Below, in pieces: positions 1 through 9,842 of a stretch of 64,000 bases of DNA. The notes below the pieces were generated by a model. The model searched no databases. It had not been told where the DNA came from and saw only the letters and a program-made list of their open reading frames with translations. Position 1 is the first letter of the stretch, and every line of letters starts with the position of its first letter. Both the position numbers and the translations under genes were made by a program. This stretch comes from Deinococcus sp. (GTDB lineage Bacteria; Deinococcota; Deinococci; Deinococcales; Deinococcaceae): contig OZ253376.1 of assembly GCA_965261005.1 (NCBI GenBank), positions 64,001 to 128,000 of the forward strand, given 5' to 3'.

Positions 1-1382
1 CCGCCCTTGTTGTAGTAGCCCAGGCCCGACATGTCCCCGGTGGTCAGGCTCCCCGCGCTGCGCGTGAGACCCAACGCGGCGCCAATGCTGTTGTTGCCCG
101 CCAGCTGCTGGTAAGACTGGTCGTAGTTCAGAGAATCCATGTACTCGTGGTCGCGGGTATGGCTGACCCAGTCGAAGGTGCCCGAGAGACACTTGCTGGC
201 GCTGGTGAGGGGGTCAGGACCGCCGACCTTGGGGTCACAGCTCTTCGGGGCGCCCGTGTTGGCGCCGCCGCCGTTGAAGAAGATCGAGAAGCGAAAGGCG
301 CGCGCGGTGTCGTAGCCAGCGCGAATGGCGTTCTGTTGGTCGCGCAGCGAGAGGGCGTCGGACGGCGCCATGCGCGTGGCGTCGGGCAGGACGTTTCCGC
401 TGGCAGGGTCGTAGCGGTCGTTCGCGAGAAACCAGTCGTCGATGTCAAGCTGGTTATAGCGGCGGTACTCGCCCAGGTACAGCCCCCTTGTCACCCAGTT
501 CACCAGATCGGCGCCCAGCAGCTCGGTGTGCAGCAGGTACTGGTTGTGCGCGAAGGTGAGCGCCAAGCGCTCGCGCCCGTCGGCGGCGCTCGACAGCGCG
601 CCCATCACGCGGCCCTGCGCGTCGGTCAGGATGGGCTGCACGCTCGCGACGCCGTCCGCCGGCGTCACGGTGGCCGGGTAGTTCCAAGCGGAGCGGACCG
701 GCAGGCTGGTTCCTGCCCGGAGATCGCCCAGCACCCCGCCGCCGGCCGCCGCAACGCTCAAATCGGCGTGGTCGGAGGCGCTGCCGTCCACATAGCGCAG
801 GCCGTAGTCCTCGGGCCAGCTGCCGGGAAAGGTGTACAGCGAGAGTTGGCGCGCGTGGTAGGTGCGCTCGTACTGCCATAGAGTGGCCCACTCGGTCGCG
901 CTAAGGGCGCTGTCCCAACCGCCCGTGTCGGTCTGGTACAAGAGGGCGTTATTGGTCAGGATCACCCCTTGGTAGCGCCCCGAGCCGTCCGCGCCCGCGA
1001 TCAGGCTGTCCTCGGTGAGGGGGGTGGTGGTCGCGTCGAGCACGTCGAAGGGCACGCCGGATTGTCCGAGCATGGCCCTCGCAGAATCGAGGTTGGGGTC
1101 GGCGGTGCCCGCCGTGATCACCAGCATTTTGAGCGCGACCAAGTTCGGGTTGGCCGTGATGCTCAGAGGGCGCGCGGGGGTATGAATGGCGGGACCGCGA
1201 AAGTTGGGAAGCTTTTGCAGATTGGGGGTCGGCGTGACCACGGGCGAGGTGGATAAGTAGGGCGCGACGTGCGTGTGACCTGCGACGGGCGCGTCAGCTT
1301 GGGTGGCGGGCTGGGAGCCGCCGCAGGCGGCGAGCAGCGTGGCGGTCAGGGCGAGCAGGGCACAAGCGCGGAGTGGGTTCAT
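1..1382 (-). CDS. Agd3-like (CE18-type) polysaccharide deacetylase lipoprotein, 3' end beyond the window
   Basis: Not in the ORF track; translated by hand from ATG at 1382: MNPLRACALLALTATLLAAC (lipobox), ...GRYQGVILT..., ...WVTRGLYLGEYRRYNQLDIDDWFL..., ...FDWVSHTRDH. The DIDD and HTxxH motifs match Agd3-type deacetylases. Frame open to base 1. Confidence 0.75.
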   Translation of the reverse strand, partial: MNPLRACALLALTATLLAACGGSQPATQADAPVAGHTHVAPYLSTSPVVTPTPNLQKLPNFRGPAIHTPARPLSITANPNLVALKMLVITAGTADPNLDSARAMLGQSGVPFDVLDATTTPLTEDSLIAGADGSGRYQGVILTNNALLYQTDTGGWDSALSATEWATLWQYERTYHARQLSLYTFPGSWPEDYGLRYVDGSASDHADLSVAAAGGGVLGDLRAGTSLPVRSAWNYPATVTPADGVASVQPILTDAQGRVMGALSSAADGRERLALTFAHNQYLLHTELLGADLVNWVTRGLYLGEYRRYNQLDIDDWFLANDRYDPASGNVLPDATRMAPSDALSLRDQQNAIRAGYDTARAFRFSIFFNGGGANTGAPKSCDPKVGGPDPLTSASKCLSGTFDWVSHTRDHEYMDSLNYDQSYQQLAGNNSIGAALGLTRSAGSLTTGDMSGLGYYNKG

Positions 1383-1390
1383 GGGTGTCC

Positions 1391-2290
1391 TCATGTCAGG
1401 CTCAAGCGGGTGCAAGACGGGTCGCTGGCGTCCTTCCACAGGGCGCCCAGCGCGTCTTCGAGGGTGTAGAGAGGGCGCCAGCCGAGCTGGCGCAGCCGGG
1501 AAACGTCGGCGTGCTGCCACGCCACCTGCGCGGAGCGCGCCGAGCCGTCCGCCCGCTCGCTGATGCGCCCGGCGTAGCTGGCCAGCCGGGCCAGCTCCTC
1601 GACCAAGCTGCGGGCGCGCGTCGCCACGCCGAGACCGACGTTCAGCAGCGCTTCAAGGGGGCCGGCGCGCAGCACCGCCTCCACGGCGCGGGCCACGTCG
1701 CGCGCGTCCACGAAGTCGCGCCCGGCGCTCAGGTCCCCAAAGGCGACTTCCCCGTCGCCGCGCTGCACGGCCTGCCGAAACTCCAAGGCGGCGCGGCCGG
1801 TCAGCGTCTGGCTGCTTTGCCCCTTGCCGATGGGGTTGCACACCCGCAGCACCGTGACGGGCAGACGCTCACGGGCGTCCAGCAAAGCCTGGGTGGCCGC
1901 CAGCTTGCTCTGCCCGTAAGGGCTGGCCGGGCGCGCCGGGGTGTCCTCGCTGACCAGCTGTACCTGCGGGCCGTATTCGGCGGCGGAGCCGAAGTGAACG
2001 ATCCAGGGCGGGCGGGCGCAGGCCTCGGCCGCCTCGATCAGGTTGTAAACCAGGGTGACGTTGGCGGCGCGCAGTTCCTCTGGGCCGCCTTGGGTGCGGC
2101 CGGCACAGTTGACCACGGCTTCCGGCGCCGCGCGGCCGAGCAAGTCTCTCCAGGTGCCGTGAGCGGCGCGCGACAAGTCGAGTTCGTGTGAGCGCGGCCC
2201 CGCGACCACCGTGAAGCCCACTTGCCCAGCGAGGTGCTCATACACGTGCTGGCCCAAAAAGCCGTGCGCGCCGAGAACCAGAATTCGCAT
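1391..2290 (-). CDS. NAD-dependent epimerase/dehydratase
   Basis: GAHGFLG Rossmann motif, GSAAEYG, YGQSK (YxxxK), RDFVDARDVA. Confidence 0.9.
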   Translation of the reverse strand: MRILVLGAHGFLGQHVYEHLAGQVGFTVVAGPRSHELDLSRAAHGTWRDLLGRAAPEAVVNCAGRTQGGPEELRAANVTLVYNLIEAAEACARPPWIVHFGSAAEYGPQVQLVSEDTPARPASPYGQSKLAATQALLDARERLPVTVLRVCNPIGKGQSSQTLTGRAALEFRQAVQRGDGEVAFGDLSAGRDFVDARDVARAVEAVLRAGPLEALLNVGLGVATRARSLVEELARLASYAGRISERADGSARSAQVAWQHADVSRLRQLGWRPLYTLEDALGALWKDASDPSCTRLSLT

Positions 2291-3039
2291 CAGATGGCCA
2301 GCGCGCGGGTCAGGTCCGGCGTGACGCGCAGGTGGGGCAGCAGGCGCAGCTCCAGATCCTCGAACTGCGCGTTGGCCCGGTCGTAGTCGTCGGGGCGACC
2401 GATGTCGAGCCAGTAGCCCCCAAAGGCGAAGCTGGCGGGGGGCGTGCCGGCGCGCAGCAAATCCAAGATCAGATTGTCCACGCCGAGGGCCTGCCCCGCC
2501 TCGTAGCCGCGCAGCGTCTCGCGGCTAAAGGCGTACACGCCCATGCTGACGTCGAAGTCGAACACCGGCTTTTCGCGGAAGCCCACGATGTTGCCGTCCC
2601 GAACGTCCAGCACCCCGAACTCGCTGCTGACTTGGCGCTGAAAGGTCGCGACCGTAACGGGAGCGTTGCCGCGCGCGTGGCTGCACAGCAAATCGGCGAA
2701 GTTGAGGTCGGTCAGGATGTCCCCGTTCATCATCAGGAAGTGCTCGGGCAACTGGTCCAGAATCGGCACCAGCGGGCCGACGGTGCCGAGGGGCGTCTCT
2801 TCCTCGACGTAGCGCACGTCGAGGCCGAAGCGGGCGCCGTCGCCGACAAAGGCCCGGATCAAGGCGCCCATGTGACCGATGGCCAGCGTGACGCTGCTCA
2901 CGCCGTGGTGGCGCAGCTGAAGCAGCAGGATTTCGAGAATGGCGTAGCGGTCACCGATGGGGACGAGCGGCTTGGGAACGCAGGTCGTGTAGGGGCGCAG
3001 CCGCGTGCCTTTTCCGCCGGCGAGAATTACTGCGTGCAT
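2290..3039 (-). CDS. sugar-1-phosphate nucleotidyltransferase
   Basis: MHAVILAGGKGTRLRP, PKPLVPIG, NGDILTD, WLDIG; GGAGG RBS before ATG 3039. Confidence 0.92.
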   Translation of the reverse strand: MHAVILAGGKGTRLRPYTTCVPKPLVPIGDRYAILEILLLQLRHHGVSSVTLAIGHMGALIRAFVGDGARFGLDVRYVEEETPLGTVGPLVPILDQLPEHFLMMNGDILTDLNFADLLCSHARGNAPVTVATFQRQVSSEFGVLDVRDGNIVGFREKPVFDFDVSMGVYAFSRETLRGYEAGQALGVDNLILDLLRAGTPPASFAFGGYWLDIGRPDDYDRANAQFEDLELRLLPHLRVTPDLTRALAI

Positions 3040-3112
3040 GGGGAACCTCCTGGTGGTCGTGAGCGGGCGGGCAAAGGACGCGGCGCGGACGCGGGCAAAG
3101 GTAAACGTCAAA

Positions 3113-4105
3113 TCAGACGTTGTAGAGGTTGGTCTTGTAGCGGGCCAGGTTGGCGGGGTCGGCGAACCAGTCCACCGTGCGCGCGAGGCCGCCGCGCAGG
3201 GTGGTGCGTGGGCGCCAGGGCGTCAGGCGCAACAGCTCGCCGTTGTCGCACACCAAGCGGCGCACCTCCGAAGCGGGTGGGCGCACGCGCGCGCCCTCTT
3301 GGCGCACCTCGGCGGGGCGCCCCATCACCTCGGCGATCAGGTCCACGAGGTCGCCGACGCTGATCTCGGCGTTGTTGCCCGCGTTGAGGGTGCGGCCCAG
3401 CACCTCGGGGCCGGCCGCGCCCACCGCCACAAAGGCGCGCGCGGTGTCCTCGACAAAGGTAAAGTCGCGCGTGGGCGACAGGTCGCCGAGCTTCACCTGC
3501 ACCTCGCCGGCCGAGAGCTGCGAGATGATGTTGCTGATGACGGCGCGCGCGCTTTGCCGGGGGCCGTAGGTGTTGAAGGGGCGCAGGGTCACCACCGGCA
3601 GATCGAAGCTGAGGGCGTAGCTGCTCACGAGTTGGTCGGCGCCGGCCTTGGACGCGGCGTAGGGAGACTGCGGATGAATTGGGTGGTGCTCGCTGATCGG
3701 CACGGTTTGGGCGGTGCCGTAGACCTCGCTGGTCGAGGTGTGCACGACGCGTGGCGTGCCGAGTTCGCGCGCGCTCTCCAGGACGTTGAGGGTGCCGATG
3801 ATGTTGGTCTCGATGTACGAGCGCGGCGCTTGGTACGAGTAGGGAATGGCGATCAGGGCCGCCAAGTGGTAAAGCGCCCCCGCGCCGGTCATCAAGGCGC
3901 GCACCGAGCCGGGGTCGCGCACGTCGCCGCTCTGCACCTCGACGTGCTCCATTACCTCGGGCGAAAGGCTCTCCAGCCAGCCCCAATTGCCAAACGAGTT
4001 GTACTGCACCATGGCGCGCACCCTCACGCCCTCACGCACCAAGGCCTCCACAAGGTGAGACCCGATAAATCCCTCTGCTCCGGTGACGGCGACAAACTCT
4101 TGCAT
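3113..4105 (-). CDS. NDP-sugar 4,6-dehydratase/epimerase (LegB-like SDR)
   Basis: TGAEGFIGS, HLAALIAIPYSY, TSTSEVYG, YAASK, RPFNTYGPRQSARA. Confidence 0.9.
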   Translation of the reverse strand: MQEFVAVTGAEGFIGSHLVEALVREGVRVRAMVQYNSFGNWGWLESLSPEVMEHVEVQSGDVRDPGSVRALMTGAGALYHLAALIAIPYSYQAPRSYIETNIIGTLNVLESARELGTPRVVHTSTSEVYGTAQTVPISEHHPIHPQSPYAASKAGADQLVSSYALSFDLPVVTLRPFNTYGPRQSARAVISNIISQLSAGEVQVKLGDLSPTRDFTFVEDTARAFVAVGAAGPEVLGRTLNAGNNAEISVGDLVDLIAEVMGRPAEVRQEGARVRPPASEVRRLVCDNGELLRLTPWRPRTTLRGGLARTVDWFADPANLARYKTNLYNV

Positions 4106-4136
4106 GCAACTCCTCCTTGAAAAATGAATGTTGAAC

Positions 4137-5492
4137 TCAGCGGTAGGTGGTGGGCACGAGCAAGGCGTAGAGGACGCCCAGCAGCAAAACCAGCAGCGCG
4201 GCCGAGGCGCTCACCAGCGCGGCGGACGAAAGGTGAAGGGCGTGAAAGGTCAGAAAGGTAAGGCTGCCAACCAGCCAGGCCAAGCCGGGCGCCCAGGCCC
4301 AGCCGAAGTTGCCGAGAATAGCCCCCAGCAGCAACGCGCAACCGTAGACGACCAGCGGCGGCGCCAGCGCGCCGGGGGCGAGCAGCGTGGGCAGGCCGCC
4401 GGGGATCGTGACCAGCAAAAAGGCGGCGATCAGCGCGCTCAGCGCGCCGGCGTAGGCCAGCACCAGCCCGGCGAGCACCAGGAAGCTGACCAGCGCCAGC
4501 AAGCGCAAATCGCCGAAACGGGCGGCGGCGCGGCGCAGGACGTTTTGGTAGGCCAGCATCAACACCTCCATCACGCCGATGCTGGCGATCACCGGCAGCA
4601 GCGCGCTGCTGCCGAGGTCGCGCAGCAGCGCGCTGCCGAAGGCGGCGGTCACGAACACGGCGCAGCTCCAGCCGCTCCAGGCGTGGGCCAGGGCGCGCGA
4701 CAAGGGGGGGCGCGGCCCAGTCGGCCCGTCCGTCAGCGGCAGCTTGCTGAACAGCGCGATCACCGGCAGCGCCGCACAGCCCAACACGGCCCAGAGAATG
4801 TGCGCTGCCGGCGCGAGCGGCCAGCGCAGGGCGACCGCAGCGCAGTACACCAGGCTCGGCAGGTAGGGCACAAAGGCGAGCAGCGGCTGGCGCATCACCA
4901 GCAGCGCGCCGAAGGCGGTCAGGGCCAGCGCGCTCAGGGCGCCGGCGCCGGCGGCCACCAGCACCGGGGCGCCCAGCAAAGCGGCGGGCACGGCGCACAG
5001 CAGCGCGGCGGCGGGGGCCGCGAGCAGCGTGGCCAAGCGCAAGAAGCGCTGCTGCGGGGCACCGGACAGGGCGTAGCCGACGCTGGCCATGCCCTGGCTC
5101 CAACCCCACCCGAACACCACGGCCGTGAACAGCGCCAGCTGCACGCCGGAGGCGCCACGCAGCCCCAGGGCGGCGGCGGTCAGGGCCGCGCCGGGCATGG
5201 CGTAGAGCAGGCCGCGACCCAGAAAGTTCCAGGCCAGCCTTTCCGGCTTGCCGCGCTCGCGGGCGCCGCCCTTGTAGGGAAACTGCACGAACAGCGCCTC
5301 GGCGCAGGCGAACACGCTGGCGTAGCCATAACGCTCACGCGCCAGCTCGTCGTTCATACCGATGGACTCCAGCGCCGCCGCAATTTCCTCGGGCTGGGTG
5401 GCTTGGGCGCAGGCTTGGCCGATCTCGCGGCCGAGGCGGAACAGCCGCGGATCGATCAAGCTCGGGTCTGAGGTGGCGGCAAGGCTGAGCAA
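4137..5492 (-). CDS. multi-pass membrane protein, candidate polysaccharide export/polymerase partner
   Basis: About 10-12 hydrophobic segments; GGAGG before the TTG start; lies between the GT4 and the epimerase. Confidence 0.65.
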   Translation of the reverse strand: MLSLAATSDPSLIDPRLFRLGREIGQACAQATQPEEIAAALESIGMNDELARERYGYASVFACAEALFVQFPYKGGARERGKPERLAWNFLGRGLLYAMPGAALTAAALGLRGASGVQLALFTAVVFGWGWSQGMASVGYALSGAPQQRFLRLATLLAAPAAALLCAVPAALLGAPVLVAAGAGALSALALTAFGALLVMRQPLLAFVPYLPSLVYCAAVALRWPLAPAAHILWAVLGCAALPVIALFSKLPLTDGPTGPRPPLSRALAHAWSGWSCAVFVTAAFGSALLRDLGSSALLPVIASIGVMEVLMLAYQNVLRRAAARFGDLRLLALVSFLVLAGLVLAYAGALSALIAAFLLVTIPGGLPTLLAPGALAPPLVVYGCALLLGAILGNFGWAWAPGLAWLVGSLTFLTFHALHLSSAALVSASAALLVLLLGVLYALLVPTTYR

Positions 5493-5578
5493 GGATGACC
5501 TCCGTGAAACGGAAAGGGGCGGGGACTTCAGGCCGGATGTACATTCGACCTGCGCTGGACACTCGATTTGCAGGGGTG

Positions 5579-7030
5579 TCAGCCAGGGGCGAAACGCAGC
5601 CGCCGGGTATCGCGGTACATGTCGTGGTAGGCGTCAAGGCAATGTTGCAGCGTGAACATCGAGAGCACCCGCTCGCGGGCCTGACGCCCGAGGTCGCGCC
5701 TGAGGGCGTCGTTGCCCAGCAGGTCCAGGCAGGCGTCGGCGACGGCGCGCGGATCGCGCGGCGTCACCACCCGGCCGGCCGTGCCCACCGCCTCGCGCAC
5801 GCCGCCGACGTCGGTGGCGACCATGGGTCGCCCGGTGGCCATCGCCTCAATGACGGTGTAGGGAAAGCCTTCCGAGATGCTGGTGAGCGCGACCACGTGG
5901 CCCGCCTGAAAGGCGTCCACCACCGAACTCGCGCGGCCCTCAAAGGTGGCGTGGCGCTCCAAGCCGAGGTCGCGGATCAGGGCGCGGCAGGCCAGGGCGT
6001 AGCCCTCGTTGCCGCTTGGCACGCTGCCGAACATGCGCAGCCGGGCGTCCGGAATGCGGTCTTGCACCAAGGCGTGCGCGCGAATCAGGGTTTCGAGATC
6101 TTTAAAGGGATCGATGCGGCCGACCCAGGAAATGGTGGGGACAGGAGGCTCCTCGGTCGTGACGGTGAACAGCGTCGGATCGATCCCGTTGTAGGTGGGG
6201 CGCAGCTTGTCGGGATCGGCGCCGAGATGCAGCTGCCAGCGCAAGTTGAACTGCGAGGCGGGCGAAATCACGTCGGCCAAGTGGTAGGCGGCTCGCGTGA
6301 GAACCCGGTAAAAACGCAGCAGAAACGCGCGCGGGTTGGCGGGCAGGTAGACCGAGGGCGGCGTCAGGTAGCGCTCGCGCAGGTACAACCCGTGCTCTGT
6401 CAGCACAAAGGGGGTGCCGTGGGCGCTCTTGGCGGCCAGCGCGGGCAGCACCGAGAGACCGTTGGACACGGCGTGAGAAAGGTCGCTGGGCGCCGTAGGT
6501 GTGGCCAGGGGACGCAGCAAGTGGGCGAGCCACATGTGAGCGTCGAGGGCGTCCTTGACGCTGGGCCGTGGGATCACGTCCGCGTGTCGCGGTCCATCCT
6601 GGCAGGCCGTGGCGTGCTGCGTCCACAAATGCAACAGCAGCTTCGCCGCCTGCGGACGCTCGAGGGCGCCGACCAGATCGTGCTCTTGCGCGAATAAGCT
6701 CAAATCGCTCAGGGCGCGCGTGAAGGGCGCGCTGGCGTCCGGCTCGCCGCTCAGCATCGCCCCGATCAGCTGGGCGTAAGCGTCCTCGAAGAGGTCGAAG
6801 TGCCGCCGCCCCCGCGCGCGCGGCGCGGCACCTTCCCACAGCGGCACGATGGTCACGCGCTTGACGTTGCTGGGCAGCGCGCCGGGCAAGTCGCGCGCGC
6901 CGCCAGTCAAGGCGATCACGTGAAAGTTCGTGTCTTGCAGGCCGGACACCAGCTGTTCGCACCACACGCTGACCCCGCCGGCGTACAGCGGGTAGGTTCC
7001 CTCGGTGATCAGCGTCACTTCGACCGACAT
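5579..7030 (-). CDS. pelF: PelF-like GT4 glycosyltransferase (DUF3492 + Glycos_transf_1)
   Basis: EGTYPLYAGGVSVW, LTEHGLYLRER, GRIDPFKD, SISEGFPYTVIEAMA. Confidence 0.88.
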   Translation of the reverse strand: MSVEVTLITEGTYPLYAGGVSVWCEQLVSGLQDTNFHVIALTGGARDLPGALPSNVKRVTIVPLWEGAAPRARGRRHFDLFEDAYAQLIGAMLSGEPDASAPFTRALSDLSLFAQEHDLVGALERPQAAKLLLHLWTQHATACQDGPRHADVIPRPSVKDALDAHMWLAHLLRPLATPTAPSDLSHAVSNGLSVLPALAAKSAHGTPFVLTEHGLYLRERYLTPPSVYLPANPRAFLLRFYRVLTRAAYHLADVISPASQFNLRWQLHLGADPDKLRPTYNGIDPTLFTVTTEEPPVPTISWVGRIDPFKDLETLIRAHALVQDRIPDARLRMFGSVPSGNEGYALACRALIRDLGLERHATFEGRASSVVDAFQAGHVVALTSISEGFPYTVIEAMATGRPMVATDVGGVREAVGTAGRVVTPRDPRAVADACLDLLGNDALRRDLGRQARERVLSMFTLQHCLDAYHDMYRDTRRLRFAPG

Positions 7031-7048
7031 ATTCCCCGCTCCCGAAGC

Positions 7049-7261
7049 CTAATAGTCGATGCCCAAGTCGGGCGACAAAAAGCGCGCGTCGCGCAGACGC
7101 TCGCGGCTCTCTAACTCGTGCAAACGTTTTTCCAGCTCGGCGTAGGCCTGCGTGAGCGTTTGCAGCGCCGCCGCAAGCTCTACCGGGCTGGCCGGCAAGC
7201 TTGGCATGGCCCGGAGACGCTCTGTTTGAGAAGAAGGGGTGAACGGCTGAACAGGGGGCAT
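7049..7261 (-). CDS. small hypothetical coiled-coil protein (70 aa)
   Basis: AAGGAG RBS; co-oriented in the operon; heptad-like LQTLTQAYAELEKRLHELE. Confidence 0.55.
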   Translation of the reverse strand: MPPVQPFTPSSQTERLRAMPSLPASPVELAAALQTLTQAYAELEKRLHELESRERLRDARFLSPDLGIDY

Positions 7262-7311
7262 ACAGGCTCCTTACTGCTTGGAAGAATCGGTCTGCTTGGA
7301 AGGGTCGGGAA

Positions 7312-8007
7312 TTACGTCAACTTCAGCAGGTGGTGCTTGAGGGCGGTGCCGGCCTCAAGGGTGGTACGGCTGGAGCGCCGACCGTCGATCACGTGGCCGC
7401 CGGGCACCCGGCGCAGAACGGCCTGCGGGCGAATGGCGTTCAGCTTTCTCAGCAGGCTGTGGACGTGCGTTTGGGCTTGGTGACATTCGCCTTCAAGCTC
7501 TTGACCGCCAAAGGCCTTGCCGGGCTGGCCCATCAACACGCTTAGCACCCTCAGCTCGGGAGCGCTCAGGGGCAGCTCTTGACCGTGAAAAACGGCGCGA
7601 CCTGCGGTGGGGTTGAGCCGCAACGGACCGACCACCAACTCGCTTGGCGACGCTTGGCGCAAGCGTGCCGCAAAGGCGGCCCGCTTTGTCGTGACGGGCG
7701 CGTTGAGCGCCAGGTATGCATCGTGGTCGAGGCCGCCGTGTTCGAGCAGAAAATTCACCAAGCGCGCGGGCAACTCCGGCCCGAAGACCAAGGTGGGCAG
7801 CGGCCTCAAATCCCGAAGCCATCCCGCGAACGTGGTCAGGCTCATCTCGCTCGGGCGAAAGATGGCGACGGCAAGGTCAATTTGCACCATGCGTTCGAGC
7901 CGTCCCGGTCGGTCGGCGTACAGCACCCGGCAATTCAAATGCTCAAGAATGCTGGTCAGCGACGTGAAGGCCGGGCCGGGCGGCCCAAACAGTGCAGCGG
8001 TGGTCAT
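7312..8007 (-). CDS. OmpR-like winged-helix regulator with degenerate receiver domain
   Basis: LVVGPLRLNP...LPLSAPELRVLSVLMGQPGKAF...HVHSLLRKL; GAGGAGG RBS. Confidence 0.75.
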   Translation of the reverse strand: MTTAALFGPPGPAFTSLTSILEHLNCRVLYADRPGRLERMVQIDLAVAIFRPSEMSLTTFAGWLRDLRPLPTLVFGPELPARLVNFLLEHGGLDHDAYLALNAPVTTKRAAFAARLRQASPSELVVGPLRLNPTAGRAVFHGQELPLSAPELRVLSVLMGQPGKAFGGQELEGECHQAQTHVHSLLRKLNAIRPQAVLRRVPGGHVIDGRRSSRTTLEAGTALKHHLLKLT

Positions 8008-8021
8008 CGTTTCACCTCCTC

Positions 8022-8053
8022 AAAACCCAGATGTCATGGGAAAGACCTCTGGG
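8022..8053 (-). terminator. terminator-like hairpin directly before the RBS of the 8007 gene
   Basis: Minus strand CCCAGAGGTC-loop-GACATCTGGG-TTTT-GAGGAGG. Confidence 0.4.
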
Positions 8054-8256
8054 CGGCGTGTCTAAAGCGAGCCTTGCAAATGAAGATGGCGTTCTTCTTA
8101 AGCTAAGCTCACTTTCGGCCTGGTGGGTCACAAATCGGCAACAGAGTACGGGTGAGTAGAAAAGTTCGACACAGCGCTTTGCCGGCGATCACGGGCTTGA
8201 GAAATGAAAGCGCCGAACCTCTCATAATTTTCTTGCAAATTTTTCGTAGAGTAGTT

Positions 8257-8295
8257 TATCTTTTTCTAATTTATAGCTAATGATGGAAAAAGATA
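8257..8295. promoter_or_regulatory. 10-bp inverted repeat in an AT-rich divergent promoter region
   Basis: TATCTTTTTC-N19-GAAAAAGATA. Confidence 0.4.
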
Positions 8296-8350
8296 TGGCG
8301 AGAATCTCATCGCGGACGTAAGGGACGGTGGGCGCGAAAAGGAGCCTGAT

Positions 8351-9607
8351 ATGCACATACAAAGCCTGGGGCAAGTGGGGGTGATCGTCGCGGGCCAAGC
8401 GGTCAAGTGGCCGTCGAGCGCGTCGCGTGATTTGCTGTACCTGCTCCTCGGCAAGCCGCTCGGACATACCAAGGCGGAAATCATGCGCGCCTTGTGGAAC
8501 GCCGGCGACACCTTTGCCAACGACGGCCGTTTCAAAACGACCTTGTACCGCACACGGCAAACGCTGAACGACCCGGCGGCCGTGACCCTACAGGGCGGGC
8601 GCTACGTGCTGGCCGACAAGTACCACCAACACGCCGACTTCGTCATGTTCAAGCGGGCGTTGCAGCGGGCCAAGAGCTTGGACGGGCGCGACGAGCGGCT
8701 CACCAGCTATTACCAAGCCCTCAGCCTCTACGAAGGCGACTTCCTGCCCGATCATCCGGCCGAGTGGGCTGAGGAAACGCGCGACACGCTGCGCACCGCC
8801 CACGTGCGCGCCCGGCTCGACGTGGCGTTTTTGCACTGCGACGCGCTGGAATGCCAACTCGGCATTCGCAACCTCGCGACCGCCCTCGCCACCGATCCCC
8901 TGATCGGCGAAAATTATCACCAAGACCTGATGACCTGCCTCTGCACGGTGGGCAACCGTCACGGCGCCGTGTCGCACTACCGCCATTTTCTGAACTTTAT
9001 TCAGCGCGACATCGGCGACACGCCGACGGCCGAGACGCTGAACCTGGCCGAGCGGCTCAAACACGACGAGCCTCACGCCGCGCGGCACATCGGCGCGCTG
9101 GCGCCGTGTCCGAGGCGGCTGCTGTACGGCGTCAGCCCGCAAGGCGCGCCCGCCCCACACCTCGATCCGCAGCGCTTCGACCTCGAACTCGCGCGCGGCA
9201 AGCTGATCGTGAGCCTGCTGCACAAGCTCACACGAATCAGGGACTGGACGGCGCTCGCGCGCGTCGTGCAGCCCTTTGTCGTCAAGCACCTGCACACACC
9301 CTACGCCCGACTGATTCCGCGCGAGGCGCTGAGCGGCCCGGCGCCGCAAGACGCCGCAAGCGGGCAAGCCGAGCTGGACCGCGCCATAAGGGCGGCGCTC
9401 CTAAGCGCGCCGCCCAGCTCGACCGTCACCATTGCGGTCGACAACGTGGCGGTATGCGCCGAACCGATTATCCAGGGCGCGCAGGGCGTGCGCGCGTGGT
9501 TGTGCGCTTCCAAGCTGGAGGCGTCAGCCCTGAGCAACCACGACCGGGAACTCTTGTCGCGCGTGGCCGGCGCCGTCGCCTACGTGCTGCCGCAGCTGCG
9601 GGCCTGA
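8351..9607 (+). CDS. SARP/BTAD transcriptional activator with a C-terminal GAF-like extension
   Basis: IQSLGQV, RFKTTLYRTR, ALSLYEGDFL, DPLIGENYHQDLM; AGGAG RBS. Confidence 0.85.
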   Translation: MHIQSLGQVGVIVAGQAVKWPSSASRDLLYLLLGKPLGHTKAEIMRALWNAGDTFANDGRFKTTLYRTRQTLNDPAAVTLQGGRYVLADKYHQHADFVMFKRALQRAKSLDGRDERLTSYYQALSLYEGDFLPDHPAEWAEETRDTLRTAHVRARLDVAFLHCDALECQLGIRNLATALATDPLIGENYHQDLMTCLCTVGNRHGAVSHYRHFLNFIQRDIGDTPTAETLNLAERLKHDEPHAARHIGALAPCPRRLLYGVSPQGAPAPHLDPQRFDLELARGKLIVSLLHKLTRIRDWTALARVVQPFVVKHLHTPYARLIPREALSGPAPQDAASGQAELDRAIRAALLSAPPSSTVTIAVDNVAVCAEPIIQGAQGVRAWLCASKLEASALSNHDRELLSRVAGAVAYVLPQLRA

Positions 9608-9790
9608 TCAGGCCGACAGCTCGGCGTACACGACGCTGGCGACGTTGATGATGTAAGTGCGGCCATCCAGCGTGAATTCAAAGGCGCCGCGTCCCTCACG
9701 CACGGCCTGACGAAACTGCGCCACCTGGGTTTCCTTGACTTGATTGATGTGAAGCGACTTTCCGTCCAGCATAATAATGGTCATGTTCAT
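9608..9790 (-). CDS. small hypothetical protein (60 aa)
   Basis: Protein-like composition; fills the gap between BTAD and GH114 genes. Confidence 0.5.
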   Translation of the reverse strand: MNMTIIMLDGKSLHINQVKETQVAQFRQAVREGRGAFEFTLDGRTYIINVASVVYAELSA

Positions 9791-9842
9791 GTGTTCAGCA
9801 GTATGGGTATGAGCTGCGCGGCGCTGTCAAGTACAGCGCCGT

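Noticed and set aside
147..881. Plus-strand 244-aa ORF, and the many other long antisense or alternate-frame ORFs in the track
   Set aside because: Shadow ORFs typical of high-GC DNA; they overlap genes with recognisable motifs.
8117..8190. c-di-GMP riboswitch upstream of the EPS operon
   Set aside because: Has a GGCAAA but lacks the remaining consensus elements; kept only as an unclassified leader.
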